Source: Eledone cirrhosa (lineage: Eukaryota). From it: a stretch of DNA of 64,000 nt. Positions within the stretch are counted from its first letter, which is position 1, and each line of letters begins with the position of its first letter. The stretch spans positions 1 to 64,000 of the forward strand of contig CAXHJY010000300.1 in assembly GCA_964016885.1 (NCBI GenBank), in the 5' to 3' direction. Below are positions 16,808-30,663 of the stretch, piece by piece. Position numbers and translations under genes: made by a program. Under the pieces are notes generated by a model that saw only the letters and a program-made list of their open reading frames with translations, searched no databases and was not told the DNA's origin.

Positions 16808-16897
16808 TTGGAACTACAACTGGAACCGTCGAGCAAACTCTACGTGAGCTGATAATCTACTGTGTGTAATATTTATATTACAACACAACGGAAAAAA

Positions 16898-16900
<3 letters not shown>

Positions 16901-16974
<74 letters not shown>

Positions 16975-17011
16975 CATATATGTATATGTATATATGTATA
17001 TATATATATAC

Positions 17012-17043
<32 letters not shown>

Positions 17044-17104
17044 ATATACATATATGTATATGTATATATATACATATGTATATATATATATATATACATA
17101 TATG

Positions 17105-17152
<48 letters not shown>

Positions 17153-17169
17153 CATATATGTATATATAT

Positions 17170-17260
<91 letters not shown>

Positions 17261-17266
17261 CATATA

Positions 17267-17302
<36 letters not shown>

Positions 17303-17310
17303 CATATATG

Positions 17311-17342
<32 letters not shown>

Positions 17343-17350
17343 CATATATG

Positions 17351-17382
<32 letters not shown>

Positions 17383-17390
17383 CATATATG

Positions 17391-17439
<49 letters not shown>

Positions 17440-17536
17440 GTATATATATATATACATATATACATATACATATATGTATATATATATATATACATATACA
17501 TATATGTATATATATATATATACATATACATATATG

Positions 17537-17625
<89 letters not shown>

Positions 17626-17626
17626 G

Positions 17627-17658
<32 letters not shown>

Positions 17659-17659
17659 C

Positions 17660-17690
<31 letters not shown>

Positions 17691-17762
17691 TACATATATA
17701 TACATATACATATATATATACATATACATATATATATATATATACATATATATACATATATG

Positions 17763-17806
<44 letters not shown>

Positions 17807-17922
17807 TGTATATATATATATATATATATACATATATGTATATATATATATATATATATATACATATATGTATATATATATATATACATATGTGTATATA
17901 TATATACATATATGTATATATA
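16901..17922. repeat. Imperfect (TA)n microsatellite
   Basis: Direct inspection. Confidence 0.98.
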
Positions 17923-18443
17923 TTTCGTTTCTGAATTTGTTTAGCAAGATTCTTTATCTGAAATCGTGTGTTGAAACCGATATTGTTATACTTTGGGAGG
18001 GTCATGTTGCCAATAAGAAACACACGCACCAGTTGCTTTCACTTCAATTTAATTTATTATATATTTATAAATTTACAAATTTTAAATTTCTGGTTGGTTG
18101 GTTGGTTCCACAACCAGATAGTTGTTTATATATATATAGTCATAGTTCTTTCGTCACACACTCTGTGACCTCTTCAGTGACTGCAAAATGGCGTAGGATA
18201 GAAGAAAGCAAAGGCACAGAAACGAAGAAAGAAATCCCCAGTCACTGAAGAGGTCACAGAGTGTGTGACGAAAGAACTATGACTATATATATATAAACAA
18301 CTATCTGGTTGTGGAACCAACCAACCAACCAGTAATTTATAAATTTGTAAATTTATAAATATATAATAAATTAAATTGAAGTGAAAGCAACTGGTGCGTG
18401 TGTTTCTTATTGGCAACATGACCCTCCCAAAGTATAACAATAT
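17923..18443. mobile_element. ORF-less inverted pair of PLE-B 3' ends, with two hammerheads (18138-18182 minus, 18240-18284 plus)
   Basis: Minus arm 17923-18183 joined to plus arm 18184-18443; both match the arms of 10397-12229. Confidence 0.88.
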
Positions 18444-18485
18444 GTATATATATATATACATATATGTACATATATATATACATAA

Positions 18486-18539
<54 letters not shown>

Positions 18540-18739
18540 TGTATATATATATACATATATGTATATATATATATATATATACGTATATATACATATATGT
18601 ATATATTTATATATATATAAACATATATATATATACATATATATACATATATGTATATATATATATATAAACATATATATATATACATATTTATATATAT
18701 ATATATATATACATAAACATATATATATATACATATTTA

Positions 18740-18771
<32 letters not shown>

Positions 18772-18849
18772 CATATGTATATATATACATATATATATAC
18801 ATATATGTATATATATATATACATATATGTATATATATATATACATACA

Positions 18850-18907
<58 letters not shown>

Positions 18908-18961
18908 CATATATGTATATATATATATACATATATGTTTATATATATATATACATATATG

Positions 18962-18992
<31 letters not shown>

Positions 18993-19033
18993 GTATATAT
19001 ATATATATATACATATATGTATATATATATATA

Positions 19034-19785
19034 TGGGAGTAACCGTGGACAGCAACATAAGCTGGACCACGCATATAAGAAGCAAAGTTGACATGGCCCG
19101 CAGAATGTGTTCCTGGATCCTCAGAACCTTCCAGTCGAGAGATTCCCGCACCATTATCCTTCTCTTCTCTACTTTCGCCCGACCACACCTTGAATACTGT
19201 TGTCCACTGTGGTCTACCCACACGAAGCAAAGTATCATGAAACTTGAAGCTCCTCAAAGGGCAATCACGAAAAAGATAGATGGCATGTCAGACCTTGACT
19301 ACTGGGGTCGATTAGAAAACCTGAAACTTTACTCACTCCAACGTCGCCGTGAGCGTTATATTATCTGGATGATGTGGAAAATGTTCCATCATCACTGCCC
19401 AAATGATGTTGGCATCGCCTTGAAGATACACCCAAGGCTTGGGCCCCGTGCTATCCGTCCCATTCAAAAATCTAAATCGCAACTCATAACAACAATACGG
19501 CACAATTATTTCTCCTCAATCGGCCCTGCTCTCTTCAACATCACACCAGGACACGTCAAAACAGAAACTGACCACACAAAATTCAAGAAGTCTTTGGACA
19601 AATTCCTCCAAGTAATCCCGGACAAACCACCCACACCCGGATATGTCTCCGCAAACAGTAATTCTCTTCTCGAATGGGCCATGGTGCCCAAATCCTGAAT
19701 TGAAAGACTTCGCCAGGTGGTGCTATTAAGTTAGACATGGCCTGGGCCAATACTGGCCAAAACATTTCAAAGTTAGTCAAAGTTA
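19034..19785 (+). mobile_element. CR1-like LINE copy 3, short 3' fragment
   Basis: Matches the 3' ~750 bp of copies 1, 2 and 4; (TA)n on both sides. Confidence 0.92.
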
Positions 19786-19987
19786 TATATACATATATAT
19801 ATATACATATATGTATACATATATATATACATATATATATATATACATATACATATATGTATATATATATATATGTATATATACATATACATATATGTAT
19901 ATATATATATATGTATATATACATATACATATATGTATATATATATATATGTATATATATATATGTATATATACATATACATATATG

Positions 19988-20047
<60 letters not shown>

Positions 20048-20093
20048 CATATATGTATATATATATATATGTATATATACATATACATATATG

Positions 20094-20166
<73 letters not shown>

Positions 20167-20236
20167 ATATATATATACATATATGTATATATATATATAC
20201 ATATATGTATATGTATATATGTATATATATATATAC

Positions 20237-20268
<32 letters not shown>

Positions 20269-20285
20269 ATACATATATGTATATG

Positions 20286-20319
<34 letters not shown>

Positions 20320-20329
20320 TACATATATG

Positions 20330-20379
<50 letters not shown>

Positions 20380-20387
20380 CATATATG

Positions 20388-20445
<58 letters not shown>

Positions 20446-20453
20446 CATATATG

Positions 20454-20485
<32 letters not shown>

Positions 20486-20493
20486 CATATATG

Positions 20494-20527
<34 letters not shown>

Positions 20528-20535
20528 CATATATG

Positions 20536-20569
<34 letters not shown>

Positions 20570-20675
20570 CATATACATATATGTATATATATATATATAC
20601 ATATATACATATACATATATGTATATATATATATATACATATACATATATGTATATATATATATATACATATATG

Positions 20676-20728
<53 letters not shown>

Positions 20729-20761
20729 GTTTATATATATATATATACATATACATATATG

Positions 20762-20793
<32 letters not shown>

Positions 20794-20794
20794 C

Positions 20795-20841
<47 letters not shown>

Positions 20842-20930
20842 CATATACATATATATATACATATACATATATATATATACATATATATACATATATGTAT
20901 ATATATATACATATACATATATATATATAC

Positions 20931-20974
<44 letters not shown>

Positions 20975-21018
20975 GTATATATATATATATATACATATAT
21001 GTATATATATATATATAT
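19786..21018. repeat. Imperfect (TA)n microsatellite
   Basis: Direct inspection. Confidence 0.98.
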
Positions 21019-21236
21019 AATTAAGTTAAAGTGTACATCTACATATGTATACGGAAGTATTAGTATGCATATAAATACACACATGTATACATATGTACAT
21101 GTACTCAGCTTTTCACTAGACACTTTACAGTGAGTGTCAGCTAGTCTGTATGTAACCACACAGGCGGACCGGGTTTTAGAGTCATACGAGTTTTCAAGGA
21201 AACACATTTCCTCTATTCTCCAGAGGGCCAGACAGG

Positions 21237-21281
21237 AATATTGGACTAGTTTCGATGTTATTACATCTCATCAGCAATATT
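21237..21281 (-). ncRNA. Canonical minimal type I hammerhead
   Basis: Minus strand AATATTG-CTGATGA-GATGT aata ACATC-GAAA-CTAG-TC-CAATATT. Confidence 0.9.
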
Positions 21282-21670
21282 TACCCATCTTCCGGCTTCT
21301 CTGGAGAATTGTAAAAGCACATATCGTTATATGCTTTTTCTATGAAAATTAGTAGTGGGTAGACTAATTTGCATAGAACGTGAGTCATTGTACGCACCGG
21401 TTCAGCGGAAACGATAAAAACAAATAACGAAACGAAATTAAATTTCGTTTCGTGGTTACATACAGACTAGCTGACACTCACTGTAAAGTGTCTAGTGAAA
21501 AGCTGAGTACATGTACATATGTATACATGTGTGTATTTATATGCATACTAATACTTCCGTATACATATGTAGATGTACACTTTAACTTAATTGTTTAAGC
21601 GTCAGTCATACAAAAGTGAGTTAGAAGCGAAACGAAATTTAATATCGTTTCGTTATTTGTTTTTATCGTA

Positions 21671-22888
21671 GATCCTAAAATAATTAATTTATCTAAAAGA
21701 GATCTTGACAATGATAAAATGCAAATTCTGTCAAAAGGACTGAAATTCACACCGACTCCAACAGTCAACCACCAAGAACTGAAGGAGGATACCCAAGAAT
21801 TCTGTTGAAAATTACGTCTCGTAGAATTCTTCGCTGATAAAAATAATGAGAGTGATGAATCACTAGTAAAGAATAAATCAAATTTCACTCCGCCAAAAGG
21901 AAGAAATATCTATCTCGACCAATACATTGACATCCTGTCTAAATTTCCTCTTAGACATAATACTAATGTCAGGCCAAACATTAACAAATCAGAAATGTCT
22001 GCACTTAAACGTATACAAAATGATAAAACAATAATAATTAAACAAGCAGATAAAGGGGGTGCAGTTGTTATAATGGATACTGAATACTACAAGGATTTGT
22101 TGAGGAACAACTGAAAGACACAACATTCTATCATGAAATACCGTCAAATATAGACCACAACATCATGAAGAAGATCAACAACCTGGCTTCAAAATACCAC
22201 AACTCATTTACTGATAAGGAAAGAGACTACATCATCAATTTTGAGCCGAAACCCAGCAACCTGTATGGCCTACCGAAAGTTCACAAGTCAAAAGAAATAC
22301 AACTGGCAGTAAGAGAACAAAACAGTGAGTACATTAAATTATTACACCCAAAAGACTTAAAACTTAGACCTATTATAGCTGGTCCAACATGCCCCACTCA
22401 CCGTCTAAGCAATTTTGTTGACATTATTTTGAAACCACTATGTATTCACATAACCAGTTTTATCCGGGATGATATCGACTTCCTGTCCCATCTTCCAAAA
22501 CCACGGAAACGAATTCACTTCTACTCAGTTTTGATGTGGTAAGCCTTTACACCAACATTACACATGATTTAGGAATAAAGCCGGTTAAATACTGGGTGGA
22601 AAAACATAGAGAAGTGATTCCCATTAGATTCGCAGCGCCATTTATATTAGACGCAGTTAAACTTATTCTGGAAAACAACACTTTCTTCTTCAATGGAAAG
22701 AATTACATCCAAATTTGAGGCACAGCGATGGGAACGAAGTTTGCTCCCGTTTACGCGAACTCTGTAATGGGATACTTAGAACAACAACTCTACCAAGAAA
22801 TAGAGGAAAAATATAGTACTGACTTTAGAAAGTACATTGAAAAATCTTGGAAGAGATACCTTGACGACTGTTTCATCACCTGGACATG
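21671..22888 (+). pseudogene. PLE reverse transcriptase pseudogene (N-terminal part)
   Basis: IINLS, LSKGLKFTPTP, IKQADKGGAVVIMD, LYGLPKVHK, LRPIIAG, FDVVSLYTNI, GTAMGTKFAPVYAN, RYLDDCF; stops and frameshifts. Confidence 0.9.
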
Positions 22889-23289
22889 GTAACTCAGTGC
22901 AATTCCTAGATTACTACTACAAACCCAAAGTTCACTCACCACACATACTTTGTCTGTCCCCTCTCTACCTATATCTCTCTCTACATCCATTACACTCTCT
23001 CTCTCTCACCTTTGACCTACCTCCCTCTCAACATCTATGAACCTGCCCTCTGGGGCAATAAATAATTCCGACCTTAACTATCAACGCATCTCTCCAAAAG
23101 TAACCAGTATAATAAAACCCCTACCATAACATTTTGATTAAGATATCTACAAGCCACTCTCTCCTACTTCTCCAACCCCTGCATATCATTCTTTCTCTCT
23201 CCCTCTTCCCTACTTTTCTCTCTTCCTTTTCTACTCTATCTTCCCCAACAACCCCACTTAAGGGTATTTACATTGTACAATTACCATTC

Positions 23290-23401
23290 TGCTCTGAGGA
23301 AACAGTGGTCACAGCATTGGATATTCGAGTTCTGCAAGTACTTGTGAATTTGCACGTAGCATAACTAGGCTGCAGTACCACCGTGGAAACACTTGTAAGC
23401 A
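23290..23401 (+). ncRNA. Type I hammerhead with extended stem II, in non-coding segment 22889-23590
   Basis: TGCT-CTGAGGA-[ACAGTGGT...ACCACCGT, ~85 nt]-GAAA-CACTTG-TA-AGCA. Confidence 0.6.
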
Positions 23402-23718
23402 CACGGAATAAATTACCTTTTTATGATGTCTACCTGTTATTATTCATTCTTTATATACACTCCAGAATACTGAAGGATCAGGAACTAAGTTTCTAGAACA
23501 ATTCTTCCATAACTGGTAGAGTAACCTCTTACCGTACATCAACCATATCCAGTGTAGTAATTAACCATTACTACATCTTGGATAATCCTATACATATATA
23601 TATATATACATACATATATATATATATACATACATATATACATATATACATATATATACATACATATACATATATATATATATACATACACATATATATA
23701 TATATACATACACATATA

Positions 23719-23754
<36 letters not shown>

Positions 23755-23961
23755 CATATTCATATATATATATACATATACATATATATACATATATATA
23801 CATACATATATATATATATACATATATACATATATACATACATATATACATATACATATATATATATACATACATATATATATATACACATATATATACA
23901 CACATATATATATATACACACATATATATATATATATACATATATATACATATACACACAC

Positions 23962-23997
<36 letters not shown>

Positions 23998-24015
23998 GTA
24001 TATATATATATGTAT

Positions 24016-24063
24016 AACATTTGAAAAGATGGCTTTTGCAGACCCATCGAAACCGGTCATTTT
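24016..24063 (+). ncRNA. Hammerhead-like motif (U3-A8 core) in an isolated ~150-bp fragment
   Basis: TTGAAAA-GATGG cttttgcagac CCATC-GAAA-CCGG-TC; stem I weak. Confidence 0.5.
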
Positions 24064-24228
24064 TTTATACCCTTTATTATTTCCTTACCTTATAAAATTA
24101 TGTTTTTTCACAAAAAAGTATTCTGTCTCTTATATATTCCATGTGCCATTACCAACCTCAATTTTCTCTCTCTATATATATATATACATATGTATATATA
24201 TATGTATATATATATACATATGTATATA

Positions 24229-24268
<40 letters not shown>

Positions 24269-24431
24269 TACATATGTATATATATATATATACATACATA
24301 TATACATATGTATATATATATATATATTACATACATATATACATATGTATATATATATATATATACATACATATTTATGTATATATATATATATACATAC
24401 ATATTTATATATATATATATATATACATACA

Positions 24432-24502
<71 letters not shown>

Positions 24503-24513
24503 GTATATATATA

Positions 24514-24578
<65 letters not shown>

Positions 24579-24603
24579 CATATATAGATACATATTTATA
24601 TAT

Positions 24604-27600
24604 ATACATTTAGAAACACACAGATACATGCGGACACACACATATATACATGAATGCATCCGCACCCAACTGTGAGTTATGTATTTTTAACTCTGATACT
24701 GGTTCAGTCTGGTTCAAACTGAATTGGTCTGTCCCAGTCATTCATTGAGCAACATCGGTGAAGTTGGCACCCTTAACTCACAGTTGGGTGCGGATGCATT
24801 CATGTATATATGTGTGTGTCCGCATGTATCTGTGTGTTTCTAAATGTATTAATAACTCCCTCTGGTCGAGCAATCTTTGAAGTGTGGGGATAACTGAAAG
24901 CTTCCATTACTCATACTTCTCGCCTTCTTCACTACCTCTTCTACGGCCTCGATATGAATACCCCCTCCGCCTCCGTGGTATTTTTTTCGTGGTTATAAGA
25001 GGCTTAGCTCTGTTTCTCGACCGTTATATCGCGTGACTATCTCCCCCTCCGCCTTTTGGGATTCTTTCTCACGTCGTGTAGACGCGTTCTTGAGACTAGT
25101 AAAATGAGGTATCCTCTTGATAAGTCGGCAGACCTCGCAAGGACTCTATATCTTTGATATATTGTTTTTGTTTATGCCACGAAACTACGTAGTCGAGGAA
25201 TTTAGGAACAGTTTAGGTATGATACATTTTATTACTAATTATATCTAAATGTTTCTTCTCTCTTCATAATGTATTTTTAACTCTGATACTGGTTCAGTCT
25301 GGTTCAAACTGAATTGGTCTGTCCCAGTCATTCATTGAGCAACATCGGTGAAGTTGGCACCCTTAACTCACAGTTGGGTGCGGATGCATTCATGTATATA
25401 TGTGTGTGTCCGCATGTATCTGTGTGTTTCTAAATGTATTAATAACTCCCTCTGGTCGAGCAATCTTTGAAGTGTGGGGATAACTGGAAAGCTTCCATTA
25501 CTCATACTTCTCGCCTTCTTCACTACCTCTTCTACGGCCTCGATATGAATACCCCCTCCGCCTCCGTGGTATTTTTTTCGTGGTTATAAGAGGCTTAGCT
25601 CTGTTTCTCGACCGTTATATCGCGTGACTATCTCCCCCTCCGCCTTTTGGGATTCTTTCTCACGTCGTGTAGACGCGTTCTTGAGACTAGTAAAATGAGG
25701 TATCCTCTTGATAAGTCGGCAGACCTCGCAAGGACTCTATATCTTTGATATATTGTTTTTGTTTATGCCACGAAACTACGTAGTCGATGAATTTAGGAAC
25801 AGTTTAGGTATGATACATTTTATTACTAATTATATCTAAATGTTTCTTCTCTCTTCATAATGTATTTTTAACTCTGATACTGGTTCAGTCTGGTTCAAAC
25901 TGAATTGGTCTGTCCCAGTCATTCATTGAGCAACATCGGTGAAGTTGGCACCCTTAACTCACAGTTGGGTGCGGATGCATTCATGTATATATGTGTGTGT
26001 CCGCATGTATCTGTGTGTTTCTAAATGTATTAATAACTCCCTCTGGTCGAGCAATCTTTGAAGTGTGGGGATAACTGGAAAGCTTCCATTACTCATACTT
26101 CTCGCCTTCTTCACTACCTCTTCTACGGCCTCGATATGAATACCCCCTCCGCCTCCGTGGTATTTTTTTCGTGGTTATAAGAGGCTTAGCTCTGTTTCTC
26201 GACCGTTATATCGCGTGACTATCTCCCCCTCCGCCTTTTGGGATTCTTTCTCACGTCGTGTAGACGCGTTCTTGAGACTAGTAAAATGAGGTATCCTCTT
26301 GATAAGTCGGCAGACCTCGCAAGGACTCTATATCTTTGATATATTGTTTTTGTTTATGCCACGAAACTACGTAGTCGATGAATTTAGGAACAGTTTAGGT
26401 ATGATACATTTTATTACTAATTATATCTAAATGTTTCTTCTCTCTTCATAATGTATTTTTAACTCTGATACTGGTTCAGTCTGGTTCAAACTGAATTGGT
26501 CTGTCCAGTCATTCATTGAGCAACATCGGTGAAGTTGGCACCCTTAACTCACAGTTGGGTGCGGATGCATTCATGTATATATGTGTGTGTCCGCATGTAT
26601 CTGTGTGTTTCTAAATGTATTAATAACTCCCTCTGGTCGAGCAATCTTTGAAGTGTGGGGATAACTGGAAAGCTTCCATTACTCATACTTCTCGCCTTCT
26701 TCACTAACCTCTTCTACGGCCTCGATATGAATACCCCCTCCGCCTCCGTGGTATTTTTTTCGTGGTTATAAGAGGCTTAGCTCTGTTTCTCGACCGTTAT
26801 ATCGCGTGACTATCTCCCCCTCCGCCTTTTGGGATTCTTTCTCACGTCGTGTAGACGCGTTCTTGAGACTAGTAAAATGAGGTATCCTCTTGATAAGTCG
26901 GCAGACCTCGCAAGGACTCTATATCTTTGATATATTGTTTTTGTTTATGCCACGAAACTACGTAGTCGAGGAATTTAGGAACAGTTTAGGTATGATACAT
27001 TTTATTACTAATTATATCTAAATGTTTCTTCTCTCTTCATAATGTATTTTTAACTCTGATACTGGTTCAGTCTGGTTCAAACTGAATTGGTCTGTCCCAG
27101 TCATTCATTGAGCAACATCGGTGAAGTTGGCACCCTTAACTCACAGTTGGGTGCGGATGCATTCATGTATATATGTGTGTGTCCGCATGTATCTGTGTGT
27201 TTCTAAATGTATTAATAACTCCCTCTGGTCGAGCAATCTTTGAAGTGTGGGGATAACTGGAAAGCTTCCATTACTCATACTTCTCGCCTTCTTCACTACC
27301 TCTTCTACGGCCTCGATATGAATACCCCCTCCGCCTCCGTGGTATTTTTTTCGTGGTTATAAGAGGCTTAGCTCTGTTTCTCGACCGTTATATCGCGTGA
27401 CTATCTCCCCCCTCCGCCTTTTGGGATTCTTTCTCACGTCGTGTAGACGCGTTCTTGAGACTAGTAAAATGAGGTATCCTCTTGATAAGTCGGCAGACCT
27501 CGCAAGGACTCTATATCTTTGATATATTGTTTTTGTTTATGCCACGAAACTACGTAGTCGAGGAATTTAGGAACAGTTTAGGTATGATACATTTTATTAC

Positions 27601-27640
27601 TAATTATATCTAAATGTTTCTTCTCTCTTCATAATGTATT
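24604..27640 (+). mobile_element. Retrozyme-like array: five tandem 590-592 bp non-coding units plus a 76-bp inverted left end
   Basis: Unit starts 24680, 25270, 25861, 26452, 27043; 24604-24679 is the reverse complement of 24774-24849; one hammerhead per unit; no ORF of 60 aa or more in the track. Confidence 0.82.
25112..25199 (+). ncRNA. Type I hammerhead, U3-A8 variant (also 25703-25790, 26294-26381, 26885-26972, 27477-27564)
   Basis: TCCTC-TTGATAA-[GTCGGCA...TGCCAC]-GAAA-CTACGTAG-TC-GAGGA. Confidence 0.78.
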
Positions 27641-27797
27641 TATATATATATATATATATGTATACATATATATATATGTATATATATACATATATACATA
27701 CATATTTATATATATATATATATATGCATACATATATATATATGTATATATATACATATATACATACATATTTATATATATATATATATATGTATAC

Positions 27798-27840
<43 letters not shown>

Positions 27841-27854
27841 CATATATATATATG

Positions 27855-27900
<46 letters not shown>

Positions 27901-27936
27901 CACATATATATATATATCTTTACATATATATATATG

Positions 27937-27972
<36 letters not shown>

Positions 27973-28020
27973 CATATATATATACATATATATATATATA
28001 TCTTTACATATATATATATG

Positions 28021-28056
<36 letters not shown>

Positions 28057-28091
28057 CATATATATATACATATATATATATATATCTTTAC

Positions 28092-28140
<49 letters not shown>

Positions 28141-28188
28141 CATATATATATACATATATATATATATATCTTTACATATATATATATG

Positions 28189-28254
<66 letters not shown>

Positions 28255-28322
28255 TATATCTTTACATATATATATATATGTATATATATATATACATATA
28301 TATATCTTTACATATATATATG

Positions 28323-28397
<75 letters not shown>

Positions 28398-28398
28398 G

Positions 28399-28459
<61 letters not shown>

Positions 28460-28460
28460 G

Positions 28461-28515
<55 letters not shown>

Positions 28516-28608
28516 GTATATATATACATATATATATATATACATATATATATACATATATATATATATACATATATACATATATATATACATATATACA
28601 TATATACA

Positions 28609-28639
<31 letters not shown>

Positions 28640-28848
28640 ACATATATACATATATACATATATATACATATATACATACATATATATATACATATATATA
28701 CATATATACATACATATATATATACATATATATACATATATACATACATATATATATATATATACATATATATACATATATACATATATATATATATACA
28801 TATATATATATGTATATATATACATATATATATGTATATATATATGTA

Positions 28849-28879
<31 letters not shown>

Positions 28880-28896
28880 GTATATATATATGTATA

Positions 28897-28927
<31 letters not shown>

Positions 28928-29052
28928 GTATATATATATATACATATATACATATACATATATATATATATACATATATATATATGTATATATATATATA
29001 CATATATACATATATATATATATATACATATATATATATGTATATATATACA

Positions 29053-29083
<31 letters not shown>

Positions 29084-29125
29084 GTATATATATATATACA
29101 TATATATATGTATATATATATACAC

Positions 29126-29184
<59 letters not shown>

Positions 29185-29515
29185 CATATATATATACATA
29201 TATATACATATACATATATATATATATATACATATATATACATATACATATATATATATACATATATATATATACATATATATATATACATATACATATA
29301 TATATACATATACATATATACATATATATATACATATATATATACATATACATATATATATATACATATATATATATATACATATATATATACATATACA
29401 TATATATATATACATATATATATACATATCCATATATATACATATATATATATACATATATATATATATACATATACATATATATACATACATATATATA
29501 TATACATATACATAC

Positions 29516-29569
<54 letters not shown>

Positions 29570-29676
29570 GTATGTATATATATATATATGTATGTATATA
29601 TATATATATGTATGTATATATATATATATATATGTATGTATATATATATATATGTATGTATATATATATATATATG

Positions 29677-29708
<32 letters not shown>

Positions 29709-29746
29709 TATATATGTATGTAATATATATATATATATATGTATGT

Positions 29747-29780
<34 letters not shown>

Positions 29781-29791
29781 GTATATATATA

Positions 29792-29883
<92 letters not shown>

Positions 29884-29924
29884 TATACATATATACATAT
29901 ACATATATATATATATACATATAC

Positions 29925-29959
<35 letters not shown>

Positions 29960-30081
29960 CATACATGTACATATATATATATATCTATACATATACATAT
30001 ATATATATACATACATGTACATATATATATATATATATAATATATATATACATATACATATATATATATACATACATGTAC

Positions 30082-30115
<34 letters not shown>

Positions 30116-30187
30116 ACATACATATACATATATATACATATACATATACATATATACATACATATACATATATATATATATATACAT
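27641..30187. repeat. ~2.5 kb imperfect (TA)n/(TACA) microsatellite with local higher-order repeat
   Basis: Direct inspection; TCTTTA marker at 84-bp spacing 27918-28170. Confidence 0.98.
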
Positions 30188-30233
30188 ATTAAGAGAGTAA
30201 AACAAAGAATCCTTTAATACATCAAAAGTTTTT

Positions 30234-30278
30234 ATTAGCCGACAATGTTTCGTCCTATTAAGGACTCATCAGGGCAAT
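30234..30278 (-). ncRNA. Canonical minimal hammerhead (PLE-D left arm)
   Basis: Reverse complement of 35712-35756. Confidence 0.88.
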
Positions 30279-30626
30279 CAAACAACAAGAGGTAATATCG
30301 GCAGATACAAGCCAGAAACTCTGAAGAATATGGAGTGTACATACACTAATGTCTTGCAAATATATACGATAATAAAAAGGCAAATAAAGATAAAAATAAT
30401 AAAATTATAATAACTAAGGATGTAGATAACATTAAGAACCATATTACAAATATAGTCCAAAGCCACCAACCTAAATCTAAACAAATTTGGTTATATAGAG
30501 CAGGAATTATATATAACACAATATAATACATTATAATAATAATATATTTATACCAACATTAAAATTCCAAATTAAAAATTAAAAATCAAAGGTACAATAT
30601 ATACATGTATATTTGTGCGCGCGCAC

Positions 30627-30663
<37 letters not shown>

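Larger units (their letters stand above)
21019..22888 (+). mobile_element. PLE family C (Neptune-like), with inverted terminal segment; ORF broken after motif C
   Basis: 141-bp inverted repeat 21019-21159 / 21452-21592; minus-strand hammerhead; RT remnant. Confidence 0.85.

Noticed and set aside
24680-27634. CRISPR array or rDNA/snRNA tandem
   Set aside because: Whole units are near-identical with no unique spacers, and I recognise no rRNA or snRNA sequence
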